Shown: positions 8,836-17,096 of the stretch, piece by piece
Layout of the letters: every line of letters starts with the position of its first letter
Position numbering within the stretch: the stretch's first letter is position 1
Source: a phage
Length of the DNA: 64,000 nucleotides
Reading direction: 5' to 3' (one strand)
Sequence record: PX068456.1
The notes under the pieces: model-generated
Database searches by the model: none
What the model saw: the letters and a program-made list of their open reading frames with translations, nothing else
What the model was told of the DNA's origin: nothing
Program-made: the position numbers and the translations under genes

Positions 8836-9096
8836 TTAGTTCGCCTCTTCTGTTAGTAGTTTACATACCTTAAACATGCTTGCAGCGTCTTTTGACGGTA
8901 GCCAGCCTATCCGATACACTCCAGGATCTGGATTAGTTACATCAGTCAGTTGCGCGTTGCGATGATTAAAAATAGTGTAACCGCCGCCAGCACGGGGATA
9001 AACATTATCTTTAAACCTGATAGCGTATCTCGCCAGGTCGAACGTTGTAGCATGTTCAAAAGCGATCACATTATCAAAAACTTTTAGAAAAAACAA
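8836..9096 (-). CDS. hypothetical protein (86 aa), TTG start
   Basis: ORF track; GGAGGA RBS 5 nt before TTG. Confidence 0.4.
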   Translation of the reverse strand: MFFLKVFDNVIAFEHATTFDLARYAIRFKDNVYPRAGGGYTIFNHRNAQLTDVTNPDPGVYRIGWLPSKDAASMFKVCKLLTEEAN

Positions 9097-9098
9097 GA

Positions 9099-9245
9099 TT
9101 ATCCTCCCCAGCGTTTAAAGCCCGTTGCACGGTTATTTTTTAGCTCTCGTTTTAGTCTCTTGCAACGGTTTACAAGTGCAAACCGTGCCGGAGTCGTAAC
9201 AGTAGCGCCGTTTTTGGTGTGAATACTCATTACATATTGTTTCAT
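9099..9245 (-). CDS. tiny basic protein (48 aa)
   Basis: hand-translated; ATG 9245 after hairpin cassette 9265-9317; stop overlaps RBS of next gene. Confidence 0.3.
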   Translation of the reverse strand: MKQYVMSIHTKNGATVTTPARFALVNRCKRLKRELKNNRATGFKRWGG

Positions 9246-9264
9246 AAAGTTTTATCCTATGTAA

Positions 9265-9317
9265 GCGGGAATAGTTCCCGCTTTAAGATAGCTTATCAGG
9301 TTTTAGTGCAATGTCAA
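9265..9317 (-). promoter_or_regulatory. promoter + stem-loop cassette (TTGACA-17-TATCTT, hairpin GCGGGAATAGTTCCCGC)
   Basis: minus-strand reading. Confidence 0.45.
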
Positions 9318-9323
9318 CCGTTT

Positions 9324-9686
9324 TTATTCGTAAATTTTACCGCTTTCTACCCATACCATAACACGGCGCATGTTATCCCATGCATCTTGTCGCAGATTTA
9401 AGGCATGCAATTCTTCCGTGGTGCTCATACCTGGAACGGGCTTGCTATATGTTACAAAGAGATCGCCAGCATATTCATAAGCCAGGGTAAGATCACATTG
9501 AATCATCTTTTTAATCATAGCATCAAGCATCATATTAGCGGCATGTTGATCACGTTTCAGCGGTAACGTTGCGATCTGTGTGCGATAGCTTTCGATCCGT
9601 GCATCCACTGCATCACGCGAAAGGTTTTTCACGTCATCGCGGAAAGATACCAGGTTTAACATGATAGTATTGATTTGCTTGCTCAT
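9324..9686 (-). CDS. hypothetical protein (120 aa)
   Basis: ORF track; RBS AAAGAAAGGG; cassette 9709-9769. Confidence 0.5.
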   Translation of the reverse strand: MSKQINTIMLNLVSFRDDVKNLSRDAVDARIESYRTQIATLPLKRDQHAANMMLDAMIKKMIQCDLTLAYEYAGDLFVTYSKPVPGMSTTEELHALNLRQDAWDNMRRVMVWVESGKIYE

Positions 9687-9708
9687 TGTGTTACCCTTTC
9701 TTTGTTTT

Positions 9709-9769
9709 GGCGGGAAACCATTTCCCCGCCTTATGGAGTATATATTACCAAATTATTTTTCAGTGTCAA
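9709..9769 (-). promoter_or_regulatory. promoter + stem-loop cassette (hairpin GGCGGGAAACCATTTCCCCGCC)
   Basis: TTGACA at 9764-9769 (minus). Confidence 0.5.
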
Positions 9770-9772
9770 GAC

Positions 9773-10045
9773 TTAAAGCAAAAACGCTACATCTTGCGCT
9801 TTTAGTGTAGTGTCGATCATTTTCGGGCTTTTATAATCCACAAATCGCGCGGTTTTTTCAATAGCGAAACCGAGATAATCTTGTTTATTGAAATTACATT
9901 CTTTTTTAAACGTTTCCCGTGCCACTGTGATCGCTGCGTCCAGGGATAAACGTCCATCAATATTGATGTTAGCGAAAGATCCGCCACCGCGCATAGGTTT
10001 ACCAGTGATGCCAGCTACGATCATTGATGCGCTATATGATGCCAT
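9773..10045 (-). CDS. hypothetical protein (90 aa)
   Basis: ORF track; RBS AAGAGAGAAATAATC; cassette 10068-10128. Confidence 0.5.
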   Translation of the reverse strand: MASYSASMIVAGITGKPMRGGGSFANINIDGRLSLDAAITVARETFKKECNFNKQDYLGFAIEKTARFVDYKSPKMIDTTLKAQDVAFLL

Positions 10046-10067
10046 GATTATTTCTCTCTTCTGTTAT

Positions 10068-10128
10068 GAGCGGCACTATTGCCGCCCCTCGACAAGATGA
10101 ATACTACGCTACCAGGTGAGGAACGTCA
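10068..10128 (-). promoter_or_regulatory. promoter + stem-loop cassette (TTGACG, hairpin AGCGGCActattGCCGC)
   Basis: minus-strand reading; first cassette of the leftward array. Confidence 0.45.
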
Positions 10129-10240
10129 ACCATTTTTTTAATCTTTTTTTCATTTCTTTTTTGCTTGCTATCTATAAAGGAAACGGCTATTATCTTTCTA
10201 CCGCGCCAACCAGGGCGCACATCAAAGAAAGGGCGATACC

Positions 10241-10507
10241 ATGACAAATACTCCTTTACATCTCATGCACTCATTGGGCTGGCAAGGCGGCACGGTGCAC
10301 CAGGTAGCAAGCGCAACGGGCTTAAAGGTTGAAACCGTTCTCAACCTGGGCGATCATAAGGTGGAAGAAATAGAAAACTTTGATCCGTTCGCTGATGGTT
10401 ATCTATGGGCTTGCAGTGGCGGCGGGGAAAGCAAGATCCCGCCAGGGGCGCGGGGCGACATGTATTTTTGGTTAGGTGTCCTATCCTGGCAAGAAAACAA
10501 AAAATAA
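10241..10507 (+). CDS. hypothetical protein (88 aa) in GC-rich island
   Basis: ORF track; RBS AAAGAAAGGGCG; local GC visibly higher than flanks. Confidence 0.4.
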   Translation: MTNTPLHLMHSLGWQGGTVHQVASATGLKVETVLNLGDHKVEEIENFDPFADGYLWACSGGGESKIPPGARGDMYFWLGVLSWQENKK

Positions 10508-10508
10508 T

Positions 10509-10538
10509 CTTGACAAGCCCAGGGATCGGGCTTATACT
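10509..10538 (+). promoter_or_regulatory. sigma70-like promoter (TTGACA-18-TATACT) with no ORF downstream
   Basis: hexamers read directly; downstream ~150 nt GC-rich and lacks an ATG-initiated ORF. Confidence 0.4.
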
Positions 10539-10759
10539 GTTTTACATACAGAAGAGGAAACGCCACCCCCACGGCGTAAAGGCGGGGCTAACATACCAGG
10601 GGGCACTGGTTGGAAGGTTGATCGCCGGTAGCTCGTCCAAAATAAATTTGTAAAGAAATGTAAAGATAAAAATAATCGCTTGCTTTTGTTGTTGGTTATG
10701 CTATTCTTATTGTATGGCGAGGGGACACGGGAGCGCGAGACAAACACCGCCCCTGCGCG

Positions 10760-10885
10760 TTATTCTGTAAATGAGAAAAATTCTCATTTGCTAATGATTC
10801 TCATTCTCTTAGTGAGAATGCTTATCATTTACATAATTAAATGATAATGATTCTCATTTACAAATGAGAATGATTATCATACGCA
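10760..10885. repeat. cluster of Fur-box-like palindromes (AATGAT-T-ATCATT / ATGAGAAT..ATTCTCAT)
   Basis: at least four overlapping copies; related copies at 56-92, 250-275, 1118-1192. Confidence 0.45.
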
Positions 10886-10904
10886 TACCCATAAAAACAC
10901 GAAA

Positions 10905-11104
10905 TTGAACTTTTCATTTTTGATTTTTCTACGGAAAAAGGCAAAAAAACTTTAAATAAACTGGGGAATTTTTAAAAAATTGAAGTTTTCATTTTCAAAA
11001 TCTGGATAGAAATACATACAAAAACTTTAAATAATTTTGACCAAACTTGAACTTTTCATTTTCAAAATTTGTATCCAAAAATCTGTAAAAACTTTAAATA
11101 ATTT
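10905..11104. repeat. three ~60-65 bp direct repeats (TTGAACTTTTCATTTTCAAAAT ... AAAAACTTTAAATAA)
   Basis: units at about 10905-10960, 10980-11036, 11047-11104 in an AT-rich non-coding stretch. Confidence 0.55.
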
Positions 11105-11320
11105 TGTCCTTTTTATAAAAATGATTTTACTGTTCTGTTATAAATAGTAGTTAAGAGATAGTATGCCTTTTAAAAACCAGATATCATAATCCAACAAACA
11201 AATTAAATAATTTATTAACAGAGTACAAAATAATATTTACTCTGAATATATTATTCAGAGGGTGAATTTCCGTACATGAAACCCACACCCCTTTTTATAA
11301 AAATAAAAATTTTCAAAATA

Positions 11321-11872
11321 TCAGGAAATATCAGATTGTGTTTTTAGAAAAACAGCAAGGTCTGTATGCCATTTTCCTAAAAGATTTTGTCCTTTCCAAC
11401 AATCCTTATTTTCCACGTCCCGATCCCACATCCCCATTTTGATACCATAAATAGAATCATAGGGGCTTGCCTCTACGAACTCCTTATCTGCGTAAGCGAT
11501 AAGTTTATTTTTGAGATCTTCATTTTGTGTGTATTTAAGATACAAACCACGCTTGACAATCTTCTCCCGTAAAGAAGCCCAGGTATCTTCATCATAATCT
11601 TTAACTAATCTGCCTAGTCGCTTATAATATGCTTGTTCTTTTTCTCCTGTATATCTTAGATCTCCGGTTAAAATAGAAGATGCAATGTTGTAATCATAAA
11701 ACAAACATGCTTTTCTCCACATCATATATTGTTCCACACAAGTAAATTCAACAGAACTTGTAATAGAATTATTATACTTGGGAGCTAAAGGTTCAATAAA
11801 AGATGATAGATACCAGTTGCTAAATTCATCTTTTGCCGAGAAGAAGAACACATACTTATCAGTAATCCGCAT
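11321..11872 (-). CDS. NADAR (YbiA-like, DUF1768) domain protein
   Basis: motifs FFFS..EFSNW, EQYMMW, EASPYDSIYGIKMG and KGQNLLGK match YbiA/NADAR pattern by eye. Confidence 0.6.
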   Translation of the reverse strand: MRITDKYVFFFSAKDEFSNWYLSSFIEPLAPKYNNSITSSVEFTCVEQYMMWRKACLFYDYNIASSILTGDLRYTGEKEQAYYKRLGRLVKDYDEDTWASLREKIVKRGLYLKYTQNEDLKNKLIAYADKEFVEASPYDSIYGIKMGMWDRDVENKDCWKGQNLLGKWHTDLAVFLKTQSDIS

Positions 11873-12862
11873 TTACACCTCCTTATTGTATACTAACTTG
11901 CCACCATATTGTGTAATAATTTTTTGAAGATTTTCCAAATCAGAAACACTTACTGTTTCTGTATGACCGTCTTTCAACTCTCTTGCTGTTAAAATACCAG
12001 TTTTTAATTTTTTCTTTATAGCTCTTTCAGCAGCCTTACACTGTTTCACTGTGCTAAAATCATATAAACAAATACGTTCCATAAAAAACAGATTACGGCT
12101 ATTTTGAATGTTTAATCGCCTATCACTATCTTTAGCTATACCAAACTTAAGAGCAACTATAATATTATCATCCTTAACAATATTAATATATAACTGCTGC
12201 TGACTATGACCAGCACACATAGGACAACCTCGACCGAGGCTTAATAAATTATTAGCACTCCCTATCTGCTCACCATGCACAAGACAAAGATATTTAAACT
12301 TACCTATAGAAGAGGGTTTGGTAATCCAATCTACCCAGACATACCCTTTCCCTTCTACTTCCTTTTTTACCCTATAGGTGATCTGGTCTTCTGTATACCG
12401 ATAGTTCCCACAACGACACGGAATATACCCTCGTTTAAGGTTATCTCCTTCAGAGTAAAATTTACCATCACAAACACCTGCTTGAACATATTCATCATGA
12501 GAGCAAACAGGACATTCAACCATCCAGATAATATTCCTACATCCTTTACCCCGTGTTCCTGTGTTAGTGAAGATAGTGCCTTCCTTAAATTCCCCTGTAG
12601 AAAAGAAATCTGCAATATGTTGATCGTCGGACATTGTTTGTGACTTCCTTATATTCTTCCTCCTACATTGTGGACAACCGCTACCACATTTAAAACTGTT
12701 AATACTTGTAGTATCCCATTTATAACCACAATGGCACAACAAATCAAGTTTTGTGTGGACCCCTTTCCATTGTCCCGTCCATCCTAAGATTTGGATTTGC
12801 TTACTCTCTGCTATTGGTATACACTCTTCTTTATATTGTTCCCATGATTTTGGTGCTGCCAT
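11873..12862 (-). CDS. Cys-rich protein with three zinc-ribbon-like repeats and C-terminal T5orf172 (GIY-YIG-like) domain; putative nuclease/DNA-binding
   Basis: repeated C-x-C...CPxC modules; C-terminal KFGIAKDSDRRL resembles T5orf172 KIGxT..RR motif. Confidence 0.45.
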   Translation of the reverse strand: MAAPKSWEQYKEECIPIAESKQIQILGWTGQWKGVHTKLDLLCHCGYKWDTTSINSFKCGSGCPQCRRKNIRKSQTMSDDQHIADFFSTGEFKEGTIFTNTGTRGKGCRNIIWMVECPVCSHDEYVQAGVCDGKFYSEGDNLKRGYIPCRCGNYRYTEDQITYRVKKEVEGKGYVWVDWITKPSSIGKFKYLCLVHGEQIGSANNLLSLGRGCPMCAGHSQQQLYINIVKDDNIIVALKFGIAKDSDRRLNIQNSRNLFFMERICLYDFSTVKQCKAAERAIKKKLKTGILTARELKDGHTETVSVSDLENLQKIITQYGGKLVYNKEV

Positions 12863-12900
12863 CTACTACTCCTCTTATTAAATCTGGCATTAATGCAAGA

Positions 12901-12922
12901 AAACCCGCCGAAGCGGGTTTTT
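12901..12922. terminator. intrinsic terminator hairpin AAACCCGCcgaaGCGGGTTTTT
   Basis: GC stem with T-run; between minus genes. Confidence 0.5.
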
Positions 12923-12936
12923 ATTTGCTGGCTTAC

Positions 12937-14064
12937 TTAAAACACACTTGCCAAAGTTGCACCATTGGTGATAGTTGGTTCCAGAACAATACGGAAAGAA
13001 TCTTCTGGATCATCACTAAACACAACGATTTTACCGCCTGTGATAAGGTCTGCTTTCATTTTTGTCGCATTCAACGGAATTCGAGCATCGCCTTCATCAT
13101 CAAAAACCACGTAAGAGCTATTAGCAAGGGCTTCTTTAGAATCTGCATCACTTGGAGATGACAAGTACACGTCTAGTGTGCACGAGCCACCTAAAAAGAT
13201 TGCAGGTGTAAAGTTATGCCAACTAGATACCCAGCTAACTTTCTGAAGTTTCCCATTAATAACAACACTGCTGATATCCCATTTATTACCACCACCTAAA
13301 GAAACGCCCATCATAGAGATGCATTCTTTAAAGGATAAATCAGGGTAGAAATTAAGTTCTTCTACTATACCTTGGATCACATCAAAGGATAACTCTAAAC
13401 TTACATCCCAAAGCCTTTGAAAATTATCAAAGTGTGCTTTGTTATCCAGGTTTTTATCTAAATAGTCAATCATAGTTTCTAGTGAGATTTTATCATAATT
13501 AAAATTATAAAACACACGACTAGGACGATTTAGAAAGAATTCAGAGATAAAGCCACTGTTTTTAGTTAGAATAAACAGTTTATTACCACTGCCAGTACCA
13601 TCTAACAAAGTGAGAAGTGCTTCTTGATCTTGTTTCTTCTCATATACTTTATCAAACTCGTCAAAAATAATCACTGCTTTGTCGGTGATCTTGCTAATAA
13701 GTTCAATGAAATTAGCATCGCTGTAGGCTTGAGTAACCATAATAGTTGGAATACCTTCTTCTACAAGGTCACGACTAATGAGTTTGGCTAACATAGTTTT
13801 ACCACTACCCTTAGTTCCTGTCAGAAGCAAGCCTGTATTTTTACCTTGTGCACTCCGGCGATGGAATGTACGGATAACGTGATTTGCTCGTTTTTCTGTT
13901 TCACCATACAGAACATCCGGTACACCTGTCAGATTACCACGGCTTAAAAAATAATTGCCAAGGGGATCACGACTAACAGTATAGAATCCAGGTGGAAGAT
14001 AGTTAGATTCCACGCCCATGTCTTTATTTACACTTACAATATCACCATAAATCGTGTATTTCAT
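12937..14064 (-). CDS. AAA-family ATPase (paralogue of 28044..29204)
   Basis: Walker A GTKGSGKT, Walker B IIFDEFDK; N-terminal 200 aa align with 28044 ORF. Confidence 0.65.
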   Translation of the reverse strand: MKYTIYGDIVSVNKDMGVESNYLPPGFYTVSRDPLGNYFLSRGNLTGVPDVLYGETEKRANHVIRTFHRRSAQGKNTGLLLTGTKGSGKTMLAKLISRDLVEEGIPTIMVTQAYSDANFIELISKITDKAVIIFDEFDKVYEKKQDQEALLTLLDGTGSGNKLFILTKNSGFISEFFLNRPSRVFYNFNYDKISLETMIDYLDKNLDNKAHFDNFQRLWDVSLELSFDVIQGIVEELNFYPDLSFKECISMMGVSLGGGNKWDISSVVINGKLQKVSWVSSWHNFTPAIFLGGSCTLDVYLSSPSDADSKEALANSSYVVFDDEGDARIPLNATKMKADLITGGKIVVFSDDPEDSFRIVLEPTITNGATLASVF

Positions 14065-14075
14065 TTTAACCCCTT

Positions 14076-14513
14076 TTATTTTTGTTGAGATGAACGAATT
14101 AAATCAGCAGCAAATTCAATCAGATACACTTTTGGTGCAATAATGATTTTTAGCCAATCAAAATTCGAAAAGAAAATAACAAATCCTAAAAAGAAAAAGA
14201 AAGCACAGACAACAAGACCAACAATAGGTAAAGCAGATACTTCACCATAACGATCTCGTGACCACAGGCATTCTTTATCTTTAATTGCTTTTACGATGTT
14301 CCGCACAGCAATAAAAGTAATAAACATAAAGCAAATACTAAAAAGTTGCCATAAACCTGCGGATACTGCTTTCCACACTAATAATTGATGGATTACTTCT
14401 GGAATTTGTTGTTTTCCAAACTCCACAACATCACTCATTGTTTGAATAGTGACGTTAACCATGTTCAGAAGTACATCCGTTGCTTTATCTGCGATTGCGT
14501 TTGTTTTACTCAT
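14076..14513 (-). CDS. putative membrane protein (145 aa)
   Basis: ORF track; long hydrophobic segments; GAGGAA RBS. Confidence 0.5.
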   Translation of the reverse strand: MSKTNAIADKATDVLLNMVNVTIQTMSDVVEFGKQQIPEVIHQLLVWKAVSAGLWQLFSICFMFITFIAVRNIVKAIKDKECLWSRDRYGEVSALPIVGLVVCAFFFFLGFVIFFSNFDWLKIIIAPKVYLIEFAADLIRSSQQK

Positions 14514-14527
14514 TCTTTATTCCTCAC

Positions 14528-14701
14528 TTACCTTTTAAGGAAACCAATCATAATGAAGAACCACATCCAGGCAGGAGAGATAATAAAGCCAAAGAAACCG
14601 CAAATAACCGCTTTCTTAATCTCTTCCAGACAACCCACCAGGAAAAGAACGAGTGAGACTACAATCCAGATAGCCATAAATACTGTAACAAAGAAACTCA
14701 T
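14528..14701 (-). CDS. small hydrophobic membrane protein (57 aa)
   Basis: hand-translated; GGGAGAAAGG RBS; below ORF-track cutoff. Confidence 0.35.
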   Translation of the reverse strand: MSFFVTVFMAIWIVVSLVLFLVGCLEEIKKAVICGFFGFIISPAWMWFFIMIGFLKR

Positions 14702-14721
14702 ACCTTTCTCCCGTCTGTATT

Positions 14722-14973
14722 TTAAAATTCAACCACCACTTTATCGAGGTGCTCTGCTTCAACTTGATCTAATGTTAACACCTCAACTAAACCCTTGTCA
14801 ATACCTAATTTAATAACATCAACATATTGTCCAAACAGATCCTGGATAGATATCTTGTGTTCGACAACAACAACCACTTCATTCCCTTTTGTGAATTCTC
14901 TCCATACACGTCCACATTTGAAAATAAAGTCTGCTTCATCTGCTGTTATCATTTTAGGTTTGATACTTAACAT
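14722..14973 (-). CDS. hypothetical protein (83 aa)
   Basis: ORF track; overlaps stop of upstream gene. Confidence 0.45.
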   Translation of the reverse strand: MLSIKPKMITADEADFIFKCGRVWREFTKGNEVVVVVEHKISIQDLFGQYVDVIKLGIDKGLVEVLTLDQVEAEHLDKVVVEF

Positions 14974-15524
14974 TATAAAACTCCGTATTCCGGCTCAAAA
15001 TCATATTTTTCACAAATCATGTCCCAGCGTTCGTTGCCGAAGCTGCGACCACAAATTGCATCGTAAGCATAATGCTCTGCTAACCATTTTACAACAGTGT
15101 CTACATCATTATCAAGTGGTAATCTGAATTCTTTGCCATATCGCATACGAAGAACAAATTCATCCCCTTCTTCAAACAAGTGCATATGGCTTTTTGCATA
15201 AGAAGCCAGGTTGAAAAAAGATACCTCTTCCCAGCATTCTTTTTCCACTGCAATTCCGTGATCAACAACTAAAGCACCGATGACGCGATACATAATAGGG
15301 CTAAACAGTGCGCTTGAGCTAGGTTGATCTTCAACTATAGACCAACCTGTTCCCTGCCAAATTTCATTTTTGAACCATTGTTCCATGTTATTTCCTTTTT
15401 CGTCTACAAGGGATCGGTTACGCATTTCAAACCATTCCCCTTCGCAAAAGTATTTATGTTTAACACGTTTGCCTTTTAACATTGCTTCTTTGGCTTCTAC
15501 CCAAGTCAGATCGGTGTTTTGCAT
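14973..15524 (-). CDS. hypothetical protein (183 aa)
   Basis: ORF track frame; start at internal ATG 15524 with GAGGAG RBS. Confidence 0.5.
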   Translation of the reverse strand: MQNTDLTWVEAKEAMLKGKRVKHKYFCEGEWFEMRNRSLVDEKGNNMEQWFKNEIWQGTGWSIVEDQPSSSALFSPIMYRVIGALVVDHGIAVEKECWEEVSFFNLASYAKSHMHLFEEGDEFVLRMRYGKEFRLPLDNDVDTVVKWLAEHYAYDAICGRSFGNERWDMICEKYDFEPEYGVL

Positions 15525-15554
15525 TCGTTTATCTCCTCTCATTTGTGTATGCAT

Positions 15555-15584
15555 TAAGATTAGCACAATAAAACAGTATGTCAA
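15555..15584 (-). promoter_or_regulatory. leftward promoter (TTGACA-16-TAATCT) in divergent switch region
   Basis: hexamers on minus strand; plus-strand cluster begins at 15641. Confidence 0.4.
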
Positions 15585-15640
15585 TACTTGATCTGAAATT
15601 AGTTTCTGGTACTCTGTGTGTATCGTAACAAAAGAGGTAG

Positions 15641-15934
15641 ATGATGAACATTACTTTAGCAACTAAGAATATTTCTGAAACAATTAACGGTTTTGGTGTG
15701 ATTGTAGCCTTGCACGGTAACAATGAGAAATGGTTGGCTTCTTTTGAAGAGGATCGTCAGCACAACATCATTTTAGACGCTCCTATAAAAGTTATGCATA
15801 TTGTTGGTGAAAGCAAAGTGCTCACTTCCTCCCGTTCAAGGGAACAAATTACAAATGAATTAGTAAAACTGCTTGACAATGTTCTTAACATGTTTGATGA
15901 TGCTCCCATCAACACAAAACGTGTCTTAATGTGA
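15641..15934 (+). CDS. hypothetical protein (97 aa)
   Basis: ORF track; RBS AAAGAGGTAG. Confidence 0.5.
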   Translation: MMNITLATKNISETINGFGVIVALHGNNEKWLASFEEDRQHNIILDAPIKVMHIVGESKVLTSSRSREQITNELVKLLDNVLNMFDDAPINTKRVLM

Positions 15935-15946
15935 GAGGAGAACCAA

Positions 15947-16234
15947 ATGTATTATTCACAAGATGAAGTAGCAAACATTAAACTGGCAGTGGGCGATCTT
16001 ATTGTGTCACCTAACTACTATTGGGATAACACAGATTTGGTTGAAGTAGTAACCTATGTTGGAGTTGAAGGTATTGTGCTCTACACACTAGGTGGAGGTG
16101 TTGTTGGGGAAATGGAACGTTATACGACAACGAAGAAACTGGTAAGCTCTTATCACATGTTTTTACACCAAGGTTCGGAAGAGTATACAGCTTTCTTGTT
16201 GAAATTAGATGCAGATCGGGAGAAGGCACGATGA
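15947..16234 (+). CDS. hypothetical protein (95 aa)
   Basis: ORF track; RBS GAGAGGAGAACC. Confidence 0.5.
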   Translation: MYYSQDEVANIKLAVGDLIVSPNYYWDNTDLVEVVTYVGVEGIVLYTLGGGVVGEMERYTTTKKLVSSYHMFLHQGSEEYTAFLLKLDADREKAR

Positions 16235-16584
16235 AAATTGTACACGATGAAATTCAATTTGAAGAGAGTGATCTTCTTGATCTGGATGTGACACTAAGTA
16301 AACTGATCTACAATGCACTTTCTGCGTATCGTGCAAAAGTGATAGCCACAAACAATGTTAAAATTCCTAGTGGGTTACTTCGTCGGATGTACCCACACGC
16401 TAAAGGTGACTATCTACCTTATATGGAAGAACGAGCAGCAGAACACTGGTTAGAAATTCTTGAAAAAATGGAGTCTTCTTTTAAGGACTCAACTCCACCA
16501 GAAGAAGTTAATGAAAAGCAGCGGCAAGATCGTTTAGAAGGTCGCATTTTGTTTGCTAAGTATTTCCATAATCTGTGGATGTAA
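16231..16584 (+). CDS. hypothetical protein (117 aa)
   Basis: ORF track; ATGA overlap coupling. Confidence 0.5.
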   Translation: MKIVHDEIQFEESDLLDLDVTLSKLIYNALSAYRAKVIATNNVKIPSGLLRRMYPHAKGDYLPYMEERAAEHWLEILEKMESSFKDSTPPEEVNEKQRQDRLEGRILFAKYFHNLWM

Positions 16585-16596
16585 TAAGGAGTAAAG

Positions 16597-16752
16597 ATGG
16601 TTATCTACAAAAATAAGTTCACTGGTTGTCTGCGTAAATTTATTGACAAAAAAGGGTATGTTTCTGTTGACAATGGTGTTACGTGGGTGCAAAATGGCAC
16701 TTCAGAACAACTGATCAAGGCTCTACCTTACTACGAGGAGTTTACAAAATGA
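16597..16752 (+). CDS. hypothetical small protein (51 aa)
   Basis: hand-translated; TAAGGAGTAAAG RBS. Confidence 0.35.
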   Translation: MVIYKNKFTGCLRKFIDKKGYVSVDNGVTWVQNGTSEQLIKALPYYEEFTK

Positions 16753-16949
16753 CAGAATGGGTAAAAGTAGAAGATCCATACGATATCCCACTAGGTGAGT
16801 ATGTGGTGGTAATGGAAGATGGTGGAAAAGGGTATTGTGAAGTGCATAAAAGTATGTCTGGTAAGATTATTGTGGTGAACCATCATTTTCACTTTGATTA
16901 CCCTCCTATTGTGGCATATATGCCTTTACCTAAATACGAAGGGGATTAA
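16749..16949 (+). CDS. hypothetical small protein (66 aa)
   Basis: ORF track frame; start at ATG 16749 after GAGGAG. Confidence 0.45.
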   Translation: MTEWVKVEDPYDIPLGEYVVVMEDGGKGYCEVHKSMSGKIIVVNHHFHFDYPPIVAYMPLPKYEGD

Positions 16950-17096
16950 ATGTTATTCTTTAGACTTAATATTGCTTTCTGTTTGTTTGCAAACATTGCA
17001 TTCTGGGTATTAGGTAGTGTAAAATTAGGCTACTTCTTTACTGTACTGCAAGCTATTTGTTTAGCTGGTCAAATAATCACTAAGGGGCGAGTATGA
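16950..17096 (+). CDS. small hydrophobic peptide (48 aa)
   Basis: hand-translated; fills gap; overlaps next start by ATGA. Confidence 0.3.
   Translation: MLFFRLNIAFCLFANIAFWVLGSVKLGYFFTVLQAICLAGQIITKGRV

Noticed and set aside
10545-10700. Possible tRNA gene after the orphan promoter
   Set aside because: No cloverleaf-compatible arms or GTTC-type T-loop recognisable by eye; kept only as a possible small RNA.
10905-11104. Possible CRISPR array
   Set aside because: Only three AT-rich repeats with non-uniform spacers and no repeat-spacer periodicity typical of CRISPR; more consistent with iterons or promoter repeats.
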